A stretch of 64,000 nt of DNA, from NCBI GenBank assembly GCA_963835775.1, contig CAWIHB010000012.1, positions 13,702 through 77,701 of the forward strand, in the 5' to 3' direction. The stretch is from an uncultured Actinomycetes bacterium (GTDB taxonomy: Bacteria; Actinomycetota; Actinomycetes; Streptosporangiales; Streptosporangiaceae). The notes under the pieces are model-generated. The model saw only the letters and a program-made list of their open reading frames with translations. It did not search any database and was not told the DNA's origin. The translations under genes and the position numbers were made by a program. Positions 18,112 through 28,494 of the stretch are shown here, in pieces. The stretch's first letter is position 1. Each line of letters opens with the position of its first letter.

Positions 18112-18264
18112 TTCCTGCTCCCTTATGTCATGGCGCCTTCTGGCCACCTGGTGACCCGTGACCCCGCTCTCCGAGAGCGTTGCTCTCTCTTATAAGCACG
18201 AGTCTTGCGCAGTCGGCCCGACATTGCAAGAGCGGCGCTCTCGTTTGTGTGCGATAATCTCTTC

Positions 18265-19056
18265 ATGCCAGCAGGGTCCATCCGGGCGCGCGTCCGCGCC
18301 GAGATGATCGCCGAGATCAAGACCATCGCGCGCTCTCACCTGGAGACGGACGGGGCGAACCTGTCGCTCCGGGCCGTGGCCAGGGACATGGGCATGGCGT
18401 CGTCGGCCTTGTACCGCTATTTCGCCAGCCGCGACGACCTGCTCACCGCGCTCATCCTGGACGCCTATAACGCGCTCGGCGAAGCGGCCGAGGCAGCGGA
18501 CGCGGCAGTGACCGACCGCAGCCAGTTGCGAGCCCGGTGGCTGGCCACTGCGCGCGGGATCCGGGGCTGGGCGCTGCGAACGCCCGCCGAGTACGCCCTG
18601 CTGTTCGGCACTCCGGTGCCCGGCTATGCCGCACCCGCCGACACGATCACCGCAGCCGCGCGGACCCCGGTCGTGCTGATCCGGATCCTGGCCGACGGCT
18701 TCGCCTCGGATGCGCTTACCGGCGAATCGGCCCTCCGCATCGGCGCTCCGGCTGGCGGCCCCGGCGCGCTGGCCGCAGCCAGCCCAGCCAGCCCAGCCAG
18801 CCCAGCCAGGCGACCGCAGGCAGCGGGCATCGCCGCACGACTTGCCGACGCGGTACGGGCGGACCTAAGCCGGGCCCGCGGCGACATCGCCCCGGAACTG
18901 CCCGACGAGCTGATGCTGGCCGGGATCACCGGCTGGGTTCAGCTATTCGGCATGGTCAGCTTCGAACTCTCCGGCCAGTTCAACAACGTGATCGAGGCCA
19001 GGGCTGAATTCTTCGGCCTGCAGATGGAGGTGATGGCCGATCTCATCGGGCTGTAA
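18265..19056 (+). CDS. TetR/AcrR family transcriptional regulator (WHG-type C-domain)
   Basis: LSLRAVARDMGMASSALYRYFASRDDLLTALI HTH; contains a 9-nt x3 in-frame repeat (ASPASPASP) at 18781-18807. Confidence 0.85.
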   Translation: MPAGSIRARVRAEMIAEIKTIARSHLETDGANLSLRAVARDMGMASSALYRYFASRDDLLTALILDAYNALGEAAEAADAAVTDRSQLRARWLATARGIRGWALRTPAEYALLFGTPVPGYAAPADTITAAARTPVVLIRILADGFASDALTGESALRIGAPAGGPGALAAASPASPASPARRPQAAGIAARLADAVRADLSRARGDIAPELPDELMLAGITGWVQLFGMVSFELSGQFNNVIEARAEFFGLQMEVMADLIGL

Positions 19057-19192
19057 ACGGGACCACCCATGCGGCCACGGCGACCGCGGCGGTTCGGGCG
19101 ACCAGCAGCCGACCCGAGCGGACCACATGAGTCCGGCACGGCAGCCCAGCCGCTTTGCCGCGGGGTTGGCGCAGCCGAGGGGGATGTAGGTG

Positions 19193-19351
19193 AAGGGGGG
19201 TCGTCGCCGTAGGTGCCCTGCCAGTAGCCGCGGCCGTGCTTCTGGCAGGTTTCGCGGATCCGCGGCGGGCGGAGTGCGGCCTGGTTGTTGAGCCAGGCGA
19301 GGTGCCGCGCCTTCGATCCGTCGTCTGTCTCGCCGGGTGGCCGTGTCGTCA
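19193..19351 (-). CDS. hypothetical protein, probably 3'-disrupted
   Basis: ATG 19351; MTTRPPGETDDGSKARHLAWLNNQAALRPPRIRETCQKHGRGYWQGTYGDDPP has high GC3, which collapses after about codon 53. The rest of ORF 18939..19595 is antisense to the TetR gene. Confidence 0.3.
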
Positions 19352-19564
19352 TGTGTTCATGGTGCGTTCTGGTCAGATCAGGCGGCGCCGCGGCGGATGG
19401 CGTATGGCGCGCCGGTTTCCCGCCGTTATCGTGAGCGGTTGCCGAGCCTGGGTCTGCCCGGAGGAGGAAGGCGAGTCGTGCGGGGCGGATGCACGTCCCT
19501 CGGGGCGCATCCAGGGTCGAGGCGGCGGCTTGCATGGTCCCGTGACTGCAACGACTATGAGGGC

Positions 19565-19726
19565 ATGGTCGCTGCCCTGCTCCTGGTCGCGGCAATTGCT
19601 GCTATCTGGTGGCTGGTCGGGCATAAGGGGTGGGGGGCCGTCCAGAAGGTGGTCTTCTGGGTGGTGCTCCTGGCGATACTGTGGGTGGTGGTGACCCGGT
19701 ATAGCGCACCGCATCCCGGGGGTTAG
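19565..19726 (+). CDS. small membrane protein, 53 aa, two TM helices
   Basis: gaggg RBS + ATG 19565; MVAALLLVAAIAAIWWLVGHKGWGAVQKVVFWVVLLAILWVVVTRYSAPHPGG. Confidence 0.5.
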   Translation: MVAALLLVAAIAAIWWLVGHKGWGAVQKVVFWVVLLAILWVVVTRYSAPHPGG

Positions 19727-19755
19727 GCGCACTGTTCTGTGAGGCCGCTGTCTTG

Positions 19756-19905
19756 TCAGGCTGCGCCGCGGCGGATGGCGCGTGCCGCGCTTTCGGGTAC
19801 TTCGCGCTTGTAGTCCTGGCCCTGGAGGGCGGCGGCGCAGGCGGTGCAGAGGACCAGGCGGCGGAGGCCGTAGCGGCCGGTGTCGCGGTTCCATCTGGCG
19901 GACAT
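19756..19905 (-). CDS. small Cys-containing protein, 49 aa (below the ORF-track cutoff)
   Basis: Own translation MSARWNRDTGRYGLRRLVLCTACAAALQGQDYKREVPESAARAIRRGAA; nearly every codon ends in G/C; lies just downstream of the phosphotransferase gene. Confidence 0.4.
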   Translation of the reverse strand: MSARWNRDTGRYGLRRLVLCTACAAALQGQDYKREVPESAARAIRRGAA

Positions 19906-19995
19906 AGCAGCCCGTGCGGTCTGCGGTGTCTGGCCTGCATAGCTGGTCGATCTGACTTCCTCTTATATGGCCCGGCGGAATGTGCGATTGGCCGA

Positions 19996-20937
19996 TCACC
20001 TGATGTTGATGTTGAGTTCGCGAAGACGCGCGGCGATGTCGTCCACCCAGGCACTTGGTGACCGGTGGTCTGCTAGAGGGATGCCGGCTTCGCTGCGCCA
20101 TAGCACGTCGCCGAGGGCGTGGCGGACGTGCCAGGCCATGATCCGCTCCACGGACAGTGCGCGGCCGGTCAGCCGCTCGTAGTGACGCATCGTCGCGGTC
20201 AGCAGCTCGACGCCGGGACCCATGTCCGGGCCGGGGAAGCCGCGCAGCTCGTACTCCGGCTCGCCGAGCCCGGTGTTCTCGAAGTCGAGCACCACCTGCA
20301 GTTCTGCGGCGGACCAGACCTGGTTGTCGCCATGCAGGTCGCCATGCACGAGCACCTGCGGGAAAGGATAGGGCCGCGCCAGGATCTCATCTGCCCAGTC
20401 GCACCAGCGTCCGACGGAGTGCTGCTCCTGCCGTGTCACCAGCGCGCCAAAGCGTTCCCGCAGCGCCGCGGTGGTGGCCAGCGGATACCACGCGGGGACC
20501 GGGCCGATGACCGCCTCGGCGCGCCGCCGCACCTGGTCGCTATGCAGTGCCGCCAGGAACCGCGCGAGCTGCCTGGCCGCATGATCACGGCCGATCCCGT
20601 CCACGACCTTGACCAAGCTCGTCCCGCGCACTCGCCTGGTGACCAGGATCAGCGGACTGGTCCCGGCTGCCACAACCTCGGGCAGGTAGGGGACCGCCGG
20701 CTCGACCGCGAGCATCTCCAGGATCCGGATCTGGTGCAGCACGAACCGTGCCGCGGCCCGTGACCACGCGAACTTCACGATGTAGTCCTCGCCAACAGCG
20801 GCGGTCGGCATCTGCCACACCGGGTCGTCCTGGCCGGCCAGGCTGGGTATCGTGACCGGCAGCCCGGCCAGGTCAGGTGCGGCCATCCGCAGCGCGTCCG
20901 CGACGGCAGCAGGCGACGGCTCGCGGAGCCATCTCAT
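19996..20937 (-). CDS. aminoglycoside/choline-kinase-type phosphotransferase (APH family)
   Basis: VLVHGDLHGDNQVW (HxDxxxxN catalytic loop) and VLDFENTG (DFE metal-binding motif). Confidence 0.85.
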   Translation of the reverse strand: MRWLREPSPAAVADALRMAAPDLAGLPVTIPSLAGQDDPVWQMPTAAVGEDYIVKFAWSRAAARFVLHQIRILEMLAVEPAVPYLPEVVAAGTSPLILVTRRVRGTSLVKVVDGIGRDHAARQLARFLAALHSDQVRRRAEAVIGPVPAWYPLATTAALRERFGALVTRQEQHSVGRWCDWADEILARPYPFPQVLVHGDLHGDNQVWSAAELQVVLDFENTGLGEPEYELRGFPGPDMGPGVELLTATMRHYERLTGRALSVERIMAWHVRHALGDVLWRSEAGIPLADHRSPSAWVDDIAARLRELNINIR

Positions 20938-21690
20938 CCAGCAGCCACCACGCCCGCGGCGATGAGATCAACGCAGCCGCCGGCACCGGCTTCGGCGCTT
21001 CGCCAGTTCGGCAGGCGGACAAACCGCCCGCCGAACCGGTCAAGAACATCACCGCTGACGGCGATACCCCGGTGAGGCATAGATCCGATCTTCGCCGGCG
21101 ATACGTTACCCGCGCCTCGGCTTGCCAGTTCGCGCACCACAAGGATCGCTGGGGCCCGATCGCCGCCCAGACCCGCCATACCTGCACGGCAGCCTGAGTC
21201 CGCTCGGAACCGCCCGTGACGCGCCGGGTAGGTTGATCCGCGCACGGTTCAGGTCCGCCCCGACGAGCGCCACTGCCGCGCATAACGGGCTGATATGCAC
21301 CGCCCAGCGGGCCAAAAGGGTTCTGCGGACCGGGAAAATAATCGGCGTTTGGGGTCTCCATTTAACCGGAGTAGTGCAGGTCAGGACCACGCCACGAGCA
21401 ACCGGACGACCGGGCACTTTGAGGCCATGACCAGCGCTAATGTCGGTTACCTCCCACCCCGCAGGTCCGCCTAGATGGAGAGCCCGAATCGGCAGGGATG
21501 CGAGGCTCCGAGTTGGCGGCTCAAATCCTCGGCCCTTGGGTGATTTTGATGCGGGCAGGCTGTCGCGGCGGAGGATCACGTGGACCCTTGTCAGCGAAGC
21601 GGGTGGGGAAGGCCGCCTCCTCTGTGGCCGGGCCATGGCCGTCGGCGGCGGCGGTCGTACGCTGCCGGGAGAACAAGCCGCCTTGTGGTC

Positions 21691-22224
21691 TTACGCGTAA
21701 GGATGCAGGACGAGGTAGCCGTCAATGCGCCGGACGTGGTCGGACTCAGGGTCGGCGGGCAGTGCGTGGCCGAGGTGGCCGGCACGGACTTCGCTGATCC
21801 ACTGGTCGTGCTGGTACTCGTGGTTGATAAGCGCGGTCATCAGGCAGGTCGCCACGATGGTCAGCTGCGTGGGGGCGCTGACTTTACCGGTGGCGATGTC
21901 GCCGATGCGGGCATGGACGCGCTCGGCGACGGTTTCGCGGAAGGCGGAGAGCCGTGGCACCGTGGGCAGGGCGCCGCGGAACTGTTCGGGCAGCGCGGAG
22001 TCCATCAGGCCGTCCAGAGCCGGGTCGGGGCTGGGTTCGGCCGCGGTGAGGTTGCGGATCATGAAGTGAGCGACATGGGCCTGGTGGCCGAGATGCCAGC
22101 CGATAGCGCTGAAGTTCTCGTGCGGGCGCCAGGTCACCTCGCCAGGGCTGAGGTCCTTCCACAGTTCGTCGGTGTAGGCGCGAGCACGGTCGTACTCGCG
22201 CAGCAGTGCTCTTACATCGTGCAT
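21691..22224 (-). CDS. DinB family (four-helix-bundle metal-binding) protein
   Basis: ATG checked at 22224; FSAIGWHLGHQAHVAHFMI...ALINHEYQHDQW His triad pattern. Confidence 0.8.
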   Translation of the reverse strand: MHDVRALLREYDRARAYTDELWKDLSPGEVTWRPHENFSAIGWHLGHQAHVAHFMIRNLTAAEPSPDPALDGLMDSALPEQFRGALPTVPRLSAFRETVAERVHARIGDIATGKVSAPTQLTIVATCLMTALINHEYQHDQWISEVRAGHLGHALPADPESDHVRRIDGYLVLHPYA

Positions 22225-22608
22225 GACTGCTCCACCTGTCCCTATCCGGTGAGCGGCCGTCTGGCGTGACCGCGTGCGGCCGTGGACCTGGGACCGGGCG
22301 GGCACGTCGCTGCCCGCCAAGCCGATTGCGAAGGTACCTCCGGTGCGGGCCACCGGGGGCCGGGGTTGCCGGGTGAGGCATCGGAAGACAGCCGCCCGGT
22401 CTGGCGCCAGCGGTCAGGTACGGGCCTGTCCGGCAGTTGCGGCAGTTGGGTCAAGGCGCCCAGCAGTGCCGGTACGGCTCATTCTTCTATCGGCACGCGG
22501 CTCCTTCGCGATCATTCACTGCTGCGCGCAGATCGGGTCTGATCTGTCACTCGGCGCCGATCGCAACGGCCCTGGATGTGCCGCCACGGCCGGACTGCTC
22601 CCGGCGGC

Positions 22609-23035
22609 TCAGGACCTCGGCCACTGGTCAAGGTAAGCGCTCAGGACGCGCTGGTTGGCTACCCGGATCGGCACGATCGCTGGCAGCGCGTCGAGGGGAT
22701 AGGGCCCGGACTGGGCCTTCGGGTCCCTCGTCCAGCATCGAGCCGCCAGTCACCCGGGCCAGGTAGCCGTGGGCGCGCATGGTGCCGGTTGGCGTGGCGG
22801 GCTGGATGAAGGTCACCAACTCGCGGACGATCTCGACCTCAAGGCCGGTCATCTCGCGCGCCATGCGGGCCGCCCCGTCCGCCGGTGCTTCTCCGGGCGC
22901 ACACGGATTGCTCGGCAGCGAGGCTGGCGCCCTGGCTGGAGCCCCCGGCGGATGGATGAAGACGATCTCGCCAGCCTGGGTCTCGATCACCACGAGGGCG
23001 CGGTGATAGTCGAACTGCCTACTGCTGGTACTCAT
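22609..23035 (-). pseudogene. NUDIX-like hydrolase with an apparent 1-nt frameshift near the 3' end
   Basis: PGEAPADGAARMAREMTGLEVEIV (degenerate Nudix box). After ...MLDEGPEGP, the protein-like continuation SGPYPLDALPAIVPIRVANQRVLSAYLDQWPRS* is in another frame (shift near 22705-22725). Confidence 0.5.
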
Positions 23036-23332
23036 CGCCTTGAAGCTAACACGGAGTGCCGCCCGTCACGCCGTTGAGCCGACCCGGACACTACGCTGAG
23101 CCGACGATCCGGCGGCATTACCGTTTAGGCTCGACGTCACTTTCTGTGATAAGTCCTGCTCTTGGCTCACGCGCGCCGTTCCGCCGATATGCTCGGCCCC
23201 GCAGGCAGCCGGGCGGAGGCGACGTCGGTAGGCCAGATTCGGTCGTTATGCACGTCCAGGACTCGTCGGATCATAGCCGATGGGCGACACAGCCCGGTTA
23301 CCGTGGAGGTGGCAATAAGGCCGTAGGTCAGG

Positions 23333-23743
23333 TCAGTTCGTGGCGTTGCCCGGATCGCGCAGGTCCAGCCACATGATACGGAGGCCGACGCGGCCCAGGA
23401 TGGGGTGCCGGAATGCTCCTGGGGCTGTCCCAAGAGTGACGAACCCGAGACTCTCGTAAAGTAGCACCGCGGCCGTGTTCGTATCGACGACGGCATTGAA
23501 CTGGATCGCCGCGAATCCGCTCCGCCGCGCCCAGCCGATCATGTCGATGGTGAGGGCTCGTCCCACGCCTCTGCCCCGTGCCTGTTTAGCGACCATCAGG
23601 CTGCCGGACGCCACGTGGTTTCCCGGACCGGACCGGTTCGCGTACATGTTCGCGGTACCTAGTATCAGGTGGTCGTCGGCAGCGACGACCACCCTCGCTG
23701 GTGCGGTCAGCAGCCAGACTTGTTTCGCATCATCCTCGCTCAT
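23333..23743 (-). CDS. GNAT family N-acetyltransferase
   Basis: LMVAKQARGRGVGRALTIDMIGWARRSGFAAIQFNAVVDTNTAAVLLYESLGF (R/QxxGxG motif A). Confidence 0.9.
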   Translation of the reverse strand: MSEDDAKQVWLLTAPARVVVAADDHLILGTANMYANRSGPGNHVASGSLMVAKQARGRGVGRALTIDMIGWARRSGFAAIQFNAVVDTNTAAVLLYESLGFVTLGTAPGAFRHPILGRVGLRIMWLDLRDPGNATN

Positions 23744-23891
23744 GGCGGGTCATAAGGGAGCGCCCAGGACGCCGCGGGCCAGACCTGCGAGGGGCACAAA
23801 GATTCTTCCCGGGCGCGGGTGTCGAATTCTCGGTGGCCGTTCGTGGACATGGTGAGCGGTGCAGATGGCGCCGCCGCGAAAGGAGCCGATC

Positions 23892-24308
23892 ATGTCCACC
23901 GTTACCGCCTCTCCCGGCGCCACCGTCACCCGGCACCGGCTGACCAGGACGCTGCCGCGGGCCACCGCCTCCGCCGGTGCGCTGGCCGCCGCAGCCGTCA
24001 CTGCCGCCGCGGCTGTCCTGCGGGGCGGCGGAGTTCCGCTGGCTGTGCACGGCAAGATTTCGCTGGCGGCCGTCGCCCAGCTCACCTTTCTCGCGGCGGT
24101 GGGCGGCGGGGTACTCCTGGCCGTGCTGATCCGGCACGGTTCCGCCACTCGTCAGCGGTTCATCCGGATCACCGCCGGGCTTACCGCGCTCTCTTGTGCC
24201 GCCCCTGCGGCGTTCGCGGACACAACCGCGAGCAAAATCGTCCTCGTCGCTCTGCACCTTCTTGCCGCGGGGATCATTGTTCCCGTGCTCGCACGACACG
24301 CTGACTGA
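23892..24308 (+). CDS. small integral membrane protein (4 predicted TM helices; DUF6069-like by recollection)
   Basis: aggag RBS + ATG 23892; hydrophobic segments; sits upstream of a YciI/sigma pair. Confidence 0.6.
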   Translation: MSTVTASPGATVTRHRLTRTLPRATASAGALAAAAVTAAAAVLRGGGVPLAVHGKISLAAVAQLTFLAAVGGGVLLAVLIRHGSATRQRFIRITAGLTALSCAAPAAFADTTASKIVLVALHLLAAGIIVPVLARHAD

Positions 24309-24347
24309 CCTACCCGACCCGATCTGATACCACGAGGAGCAGCCACG

Positions 24348-24695
24348 ATGCCGCAATACCTGATCTCCGTCTGGCACGACGACACCTACGAGACCGACTT
24401 CTCCGCACCTGACGCGCAGCGCCGTGTCACCCAGGTGGCAGCGTTCAACGAAGAACTCCTGCAGGCAGGCGCCTGGGTGTTCGCCGTCGGCCTGCAGCCT
24501 GCGTCATCGGCCACGGTCGTGCGGTCCTCCGGAGGGGAGGTGTCGATGACCGACGGTCCGTATGCCGAAACCAAGGAGCAAATGGGCGGCTTCTGGGTCA
24601 TCGAAGCGCCCGACCTCGACGCCGCCCTGGCATGGGCCGGCAAAGCGACCGCGGCCAGCGGGGAAACTATCGAAGTTCGCCCCGTCCAAGGATGA
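24348..24695 (+). CDS. YciI family protein
   Basis: MPQYLISVWHDD...MTDGPYAETKEQMGGFWVIEAPDLDAALAWA. Confidence 0.9.
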   Translation: MPQYLISVWHDDTYETDFSAPDAQRRVTQVAAFNEELLQAGAWVFAVGLQPASSATVVRSSGGEVSMTDGPYAETKEQMGGFWVIEAPDLDAALAWAGKATAASGETIEVRPVQG

Positions 24696-25936
24696 CCGGC
24701 CCGCTCGATGAGGTCTTCCGCCGCGAAGCTGGCCGCTGCACCGCCACCTTGATCCGGGTCCTCGGCGATATCGATCTCGCCGAGGACGCGGTGGCGGAGG
24801 CCTTCGTTGTCGCTGCCGAACAGTGGCCCAAGACAGGGACACCGCCCAACCCGGGTGGCTGGATCACCACGACCGCCCGCAACCGCGCCATCGACTGGCT
24901 GCGACGCGAATCAACCCGCGGCGAGAGGCACCTCGCTGCCCACCGGCTACGGATCGACAGCATGGAACCTGACCATAATCCCGAACTAGACCAGCTCGAC
25001 GATTTCGTCGATGTTGTCGCCGACGACCAGTTGCGGCTCATGTTCCTGTGCGCTCACCCTGCCCTGGGCGCTGACGCCCAGGTCGGTCTCATTCTGCGGC
25101 TCCTCGCCGGCCTGTCGATGGGCGAGATCGCCACGGCCTTCCTGGTACCTGAGGCGACGATGGCACAACGGATCGTACGGGCCAAGCGCAAACTTCACGA
25201 CAACCACGCCTCCTTCCGCGTACCTGGCGCCGAGGAGCTCCCGGTCCGGCTGCACGCCGTCCTCTCAGCGATCTACCTCATCTTCACCGAAGGCCACACC
25301 GCCACCTCAGGGCAGGCGCTGACGAGAACCGACCTGTCGGCCGAAGCCATCCGGCTCGGGCGGACCCTCGCCGAGCTGATGCCAGACGAACCTGAAGCCA
25401 TCGGACTGCTCGCCTTGATGCTGCTGTCCGAGTCCCGCCGTGCCGCTCGCGTCACCGCCGACGGAACGATGGCGCGTCTCACTAACCAGGACCGCACCCG
25501 ATGGGACCGGACGCTCATCAGTGAAGGCCACGAGCTGGTGCGCGCGTGCCTGCGCCGCAACCAGCCCGGCCCGTTCCAGATCCAAGCGGCCATCGCTGCC
25601 GTACACGCCGACGCGCCGACCGCCGAAACCACCGACTGGTCGCAGATCGTGGCGCTCTACGACCAGCTCTGCGCACTCCGTCCCAGCCCCGTCGTCGCCC
25701 TGAACCGGTCGGTGGCTATCGCCGAACTCCACGGGCCGGCCGAGGGGCTCGACGCTTTCGCCGAGATTGACCCGGCCGCTCTCGAGAGCTACCAGCCGTA
25801 CCACGCCGCCCGCGCCGACCTGCTCGCGCGTGCCGGCCGCCGCGACGACGCGGTAGCCGCCTACGACCGGGCCATCGAACTCACCACGAACACAATCGAG
25901 CGCGATTTCCTTGCCCAGCAGCGCGCCGCTCTGTGA
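24692..25936 (+). CDS. sigma-70 family (ECF-like) factor with a long C-terminal helical extension
   Basis: ATGA overlap with yciI; DLAEDAVAEAFVVAAEQWP...GGWITTTARNRAIDWLRRE (region 2), MGEIATAFLVPEATMAQRIVRAKRKL (region 4), about 200 aa extra. Confidence 0.85.
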   Translation: MTGPLDEVFRREAGRCTATLIRVLGDIDLAEDAVAEAFVVAAEQWPKTGTPPNPGGWITTTARNRAIDWLRRESTRGERHLAAHRLRIDSMEPDHNPELDQLDDFVDVVADDQLRLMFLCAHPALGADAQVGLILRLLAGLSMGEIATAFLVPEATMAQRIVRAKRKLHDNHASFRVPGAEELPVRLHAVLSAIYLIFTEGHTATSGQALTRTDLSAEAIRLGRTLAELMPDEPEAIGLLALMLLSESRRAARVTADGTMARLTNQDRTRWDRTLISEGHELVRACLRRNQPGPFQIQAAIAAVHADAPTAETTDWSQIVALYDQLCALRPSPVVALNRSVAIAELHGPAEGLDAFAEIDPAALESYQPYHAARADLLARAGRRDDAVAAYDRAIELTTNTIERDFLAQQRAAL

Positions 25937-26189
25937 ACGGATGACACTCCGGAACACCGGAACCCCGTGAATAGGCACATCTGCCTCGCACATCGCCCAA
26001 GTGACGACAAGATCAATACAGCCTGCATCGCCTGCTAACGCGCGATGATCTCCGATGTCTTGTTCTGCATGGACGCATGGACCAACCGCAGGCGGATGCC
26101 GCGCCGTCCGCCCGTGCCCTGCGGCGCACCTCCGCGCAGCCTTACTGGGCAAACGGGAGCGGGACGCCATCCCCGCGGCGGGCCTGGCA

Positions 26190-26545
26190 GGCCGCCGTCG
26201 ATGCCCCGGGCAGGTCCGCGAGCGGCGGCCCGACCAGGCCTGCGGCAACCCGAGGTGCGCCCACCGCAAGTGCTGGGTTGAGGAGGCCAGGCCTTGTGGG
26301 TGCCGGTGCCACCCCCAACATCTCGGTCCAGCTGCACACCGAGGCGGTCGGCGAGCAGGGCACCGAGCGGCTGGAAAGACTCACCCCCCGCGATAACCGC
26401 AGCGGCGGTACCCAGACCGTCCCCGCGGCGGCCCTGTTCGTGCTGATCGGCGCCAGCCCGCGCACCCGATGGCTACGAAACCATCGACTGCGACCAGCGA
26501 GGCTACGTGCTGACCGGGCGTGACCTGGCCGGCGCTAAGCCGCCA
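26190..26545 (+). pseudogene. thioredoxin-reductase-like FAD/NAD(P) oxidoreductase, C-terminal remnant (frameshifted)
   Basis: PNISVQLHTEAVGEQGTERLERLTPRDNRSGGTQTVPAAALFVLIGASPRTRWL, then DCDQRGYVLTGRDLAG in another frame. Confidence 0.5.
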
Positions 26546-26609
26546 CCAGGCGCTCACCATCGTTCCGACATCGGTCTGCCGCTACGTCGGCCACATAGCC
26601 GGGTCGCCT

Positions 26610-27164
26610 TCAACAGGCCCCGGTCGTCAGGGCGGTGATCACGATGTTGTGTACGTGGGGATGCGAAAGGCCATGCGGGCCGCGGTGGTGCTCAAAGGAG
26701 GCGACCACCCAGCGCTGGGGCTTGACCGGCGAGAACCTGCTGAGGCCCGCGTCCTGAAGGAACTTGAGCGCCGCATAGTTAGCTGACCAGGCCACCGACC
26801 AGATCGCCTGGACCTGCTGCCACAGTTGCTCTCCCGTCTTCGGCTTCCCGTCCTGCGCAGCCTGGATCGCGGCCTGAAGTAGCTGGCCGTGTTCGGCGAC
26901 CAGTTCTCTACGTGGTTCCCAGATAAGGTCGGCGATCTGGCCGTGGGCGGACAGCCGCCGCAGCGTCGCGTTGTCCACGTCGCCGCCCAGCGCCAGCCCG
27001 TGATCTTGGCAGGCCAGGCCGGTCCACGCGCCGGAGGGCTCGTCGGTCTCGCAGTGGTCCAGGACGTGCGCCAGGTGATCCTCGACCCAGGTCAGCCGCA
27101 TGACGCCGCGCAGTCCCGCGCCTTCGATGCGGCCGCCTGCCATCGCTCCCCTCTCCAGTTTCAA
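26610..27164 (-). pseudogene. MobF/TrwC-type conjugative relaxase, N-terminal about 180 aa only
   Basis: ...WTGLACQDHGLALGGDVDNATLRRL...ASFEHHRGPHGLSHPHVHNIVI (HxDxxxPxxHxH-type relaxase histidine motif). Confidence 0.5.
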
Positions 27165-27379
27165 GCGTGCACCCTGGACGCCACTAATTGACGGCCTCCA
27201 TGTCCAGGTCTTGATCCATGGCTCCCACCACGATGCGGGCTGGGTATTCGGAGAGTTCTAATACCCGGCTCCACCATTCCGGCACGCGGCAGCCTGGACC
27301 GGCACGCCACCTGCATCGTCGCCAGAGCCGCCCGGTAGGCAAGTCCTCACCACTCTGCGGGCGAGTCTGGGGAACAGGC

Positions 27380-27610
27380 GCGCAGCCGAAGACGCCGTCC
27401 GGGAGGCCTTGCGGTGGAGGCGGTCCAGACGCTGATGGTCGCCAAGCGCAGTGCCCGCTCCGGGCGGACCCAGGCCAGCAGCCGGGCCCGGGCCCTGATC
27501 GTGACCGGCCCCGAAGATTATGCCGCCCGGTTCGCCGCGCACGCCACCGCTGACCTGGTCACCGACCTGGCGTCCCTGCGGCCCCGGCCCGGCGCGGTCA
27601 TAGGTCTGCG
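27380..27610 (+). mobile_element. IS110-family transposase internal remnant
   Basis: AAEDAVREAL / AVQTLMVAKRSARSGRTQASSRARALIVTGPEDYAARFA...DLASLRP resembles the region between the IS110 N- and C-domains; no intact ORF. Confidence 0.45.
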
Positions 27611-27960
27611 CGTGCAGACAGCTATGGCGGTTTCTCGAAGACCGCGACCTGGTTGTGGCTGGCGGAGGTGAACGGCGCCTGCTCCCAGCCCGCCCACCGG
27701 TCCCGGACCCGGTCCCGGGCCCGGGAGCCTGTGTTCTCAGCCGGAAAGGCGTCCTGCCCAACTTGTTGTTTCCCGCCGGCCGCTCCTGGTTCGTGTCGAC
27801 GTTGTGGGACGACGACTGGACCTGCATCGGCGGGCCGGGCTGGCTTGTGCGCAACTTCCTGCGCGATCCTGACCTGCGGTCAAGGCAGGCGGCCTTCGGT
27901 CAGGACGCCGCGCCACCAGGTCATGAGGTGCGGTAGCGTCCGCTGCGCGCCCTCGTCGCG

Positions 27961-28464
27961 CTACCTATCGAACCGCCAGCGCGAGGCCCCGTGCGGCTCC
28001 GCGGTCGCGACGCCGAACGCGGTGCGCAACAGGACGCGGTATAGGTGCCACGGCGGCGGCCCGGCGCTCGGCGCGCTGTAGGGCGCAGTGAACGCGTCGC
28101 CCTCGGCCTGCGCCAGCCAGCCGGCGTCGCGGTATACGGCGGCGAGCCGCTCGATCGTGCCGATGTCAACTGCCCGTTCGGCGCGGCCTTCGAGCACGAC
28201 GTCGATCCCCGGCAGCCGGCACGAGATCGTGCACGCGGGGTTGGCGGCGAGGTTGCGCGCCTTGCGGGTCCGCGGGCCGGTCACGAACCACAGTGTGCCG
28301 TCCGCCCAGACGGCGCCGATCCCGGCGGCGTGAGGCGTCGCGTCCGGGCCCACGGTGCCGAGGAAGAACGCGGCACCGGGGCCGCGGCTCCCCGCCAGGG
28401 CCTCCCGGGCGCGGGTCCACGGGATCGGCTCGGAACCGTAGATATCGAGGTTCTTGGTCTCCAT
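27961..28464 (-). CDS. pyridoxamine 5'-phosphate oxidase family (FMN-binding split barrel) protein
   Basis: ATG checked at 28464; AAFFLGTVGPDATPHAAGIGAVWADGTLWFVTGPRTRKARNLAANPACTIS. Confidence 0.8.
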   Translation of the reverse strand: METKNLDIYGSEPIPWTRAREALAGSRGPGAAFFLGTVGPDATPHAAGIGAVWADGTLWFVTGPRTRKARNLAANPACTISCRLPGIDVVLEGRAERAVDIGTIERLAAVYRDAGWLAQAEGDAFTAPYSAPSAGPPPWHLYRVLLRTAFGVATAEPHGASRWRFDR

Positions 28465-28494
28465 GCAAGGTCAGACCGGGCCCGGGCGCCGGAC

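Noticed and set aside
21440-21540. tRNA-like T-arm sequence (ggctcaaatcc) or att-site remnant
   Set aside because: No cloverleaf can be drawn. The only pairing is ccgag/ctcgg around a 15-nt loop, and there is no acceptor stem or anticodon arm.
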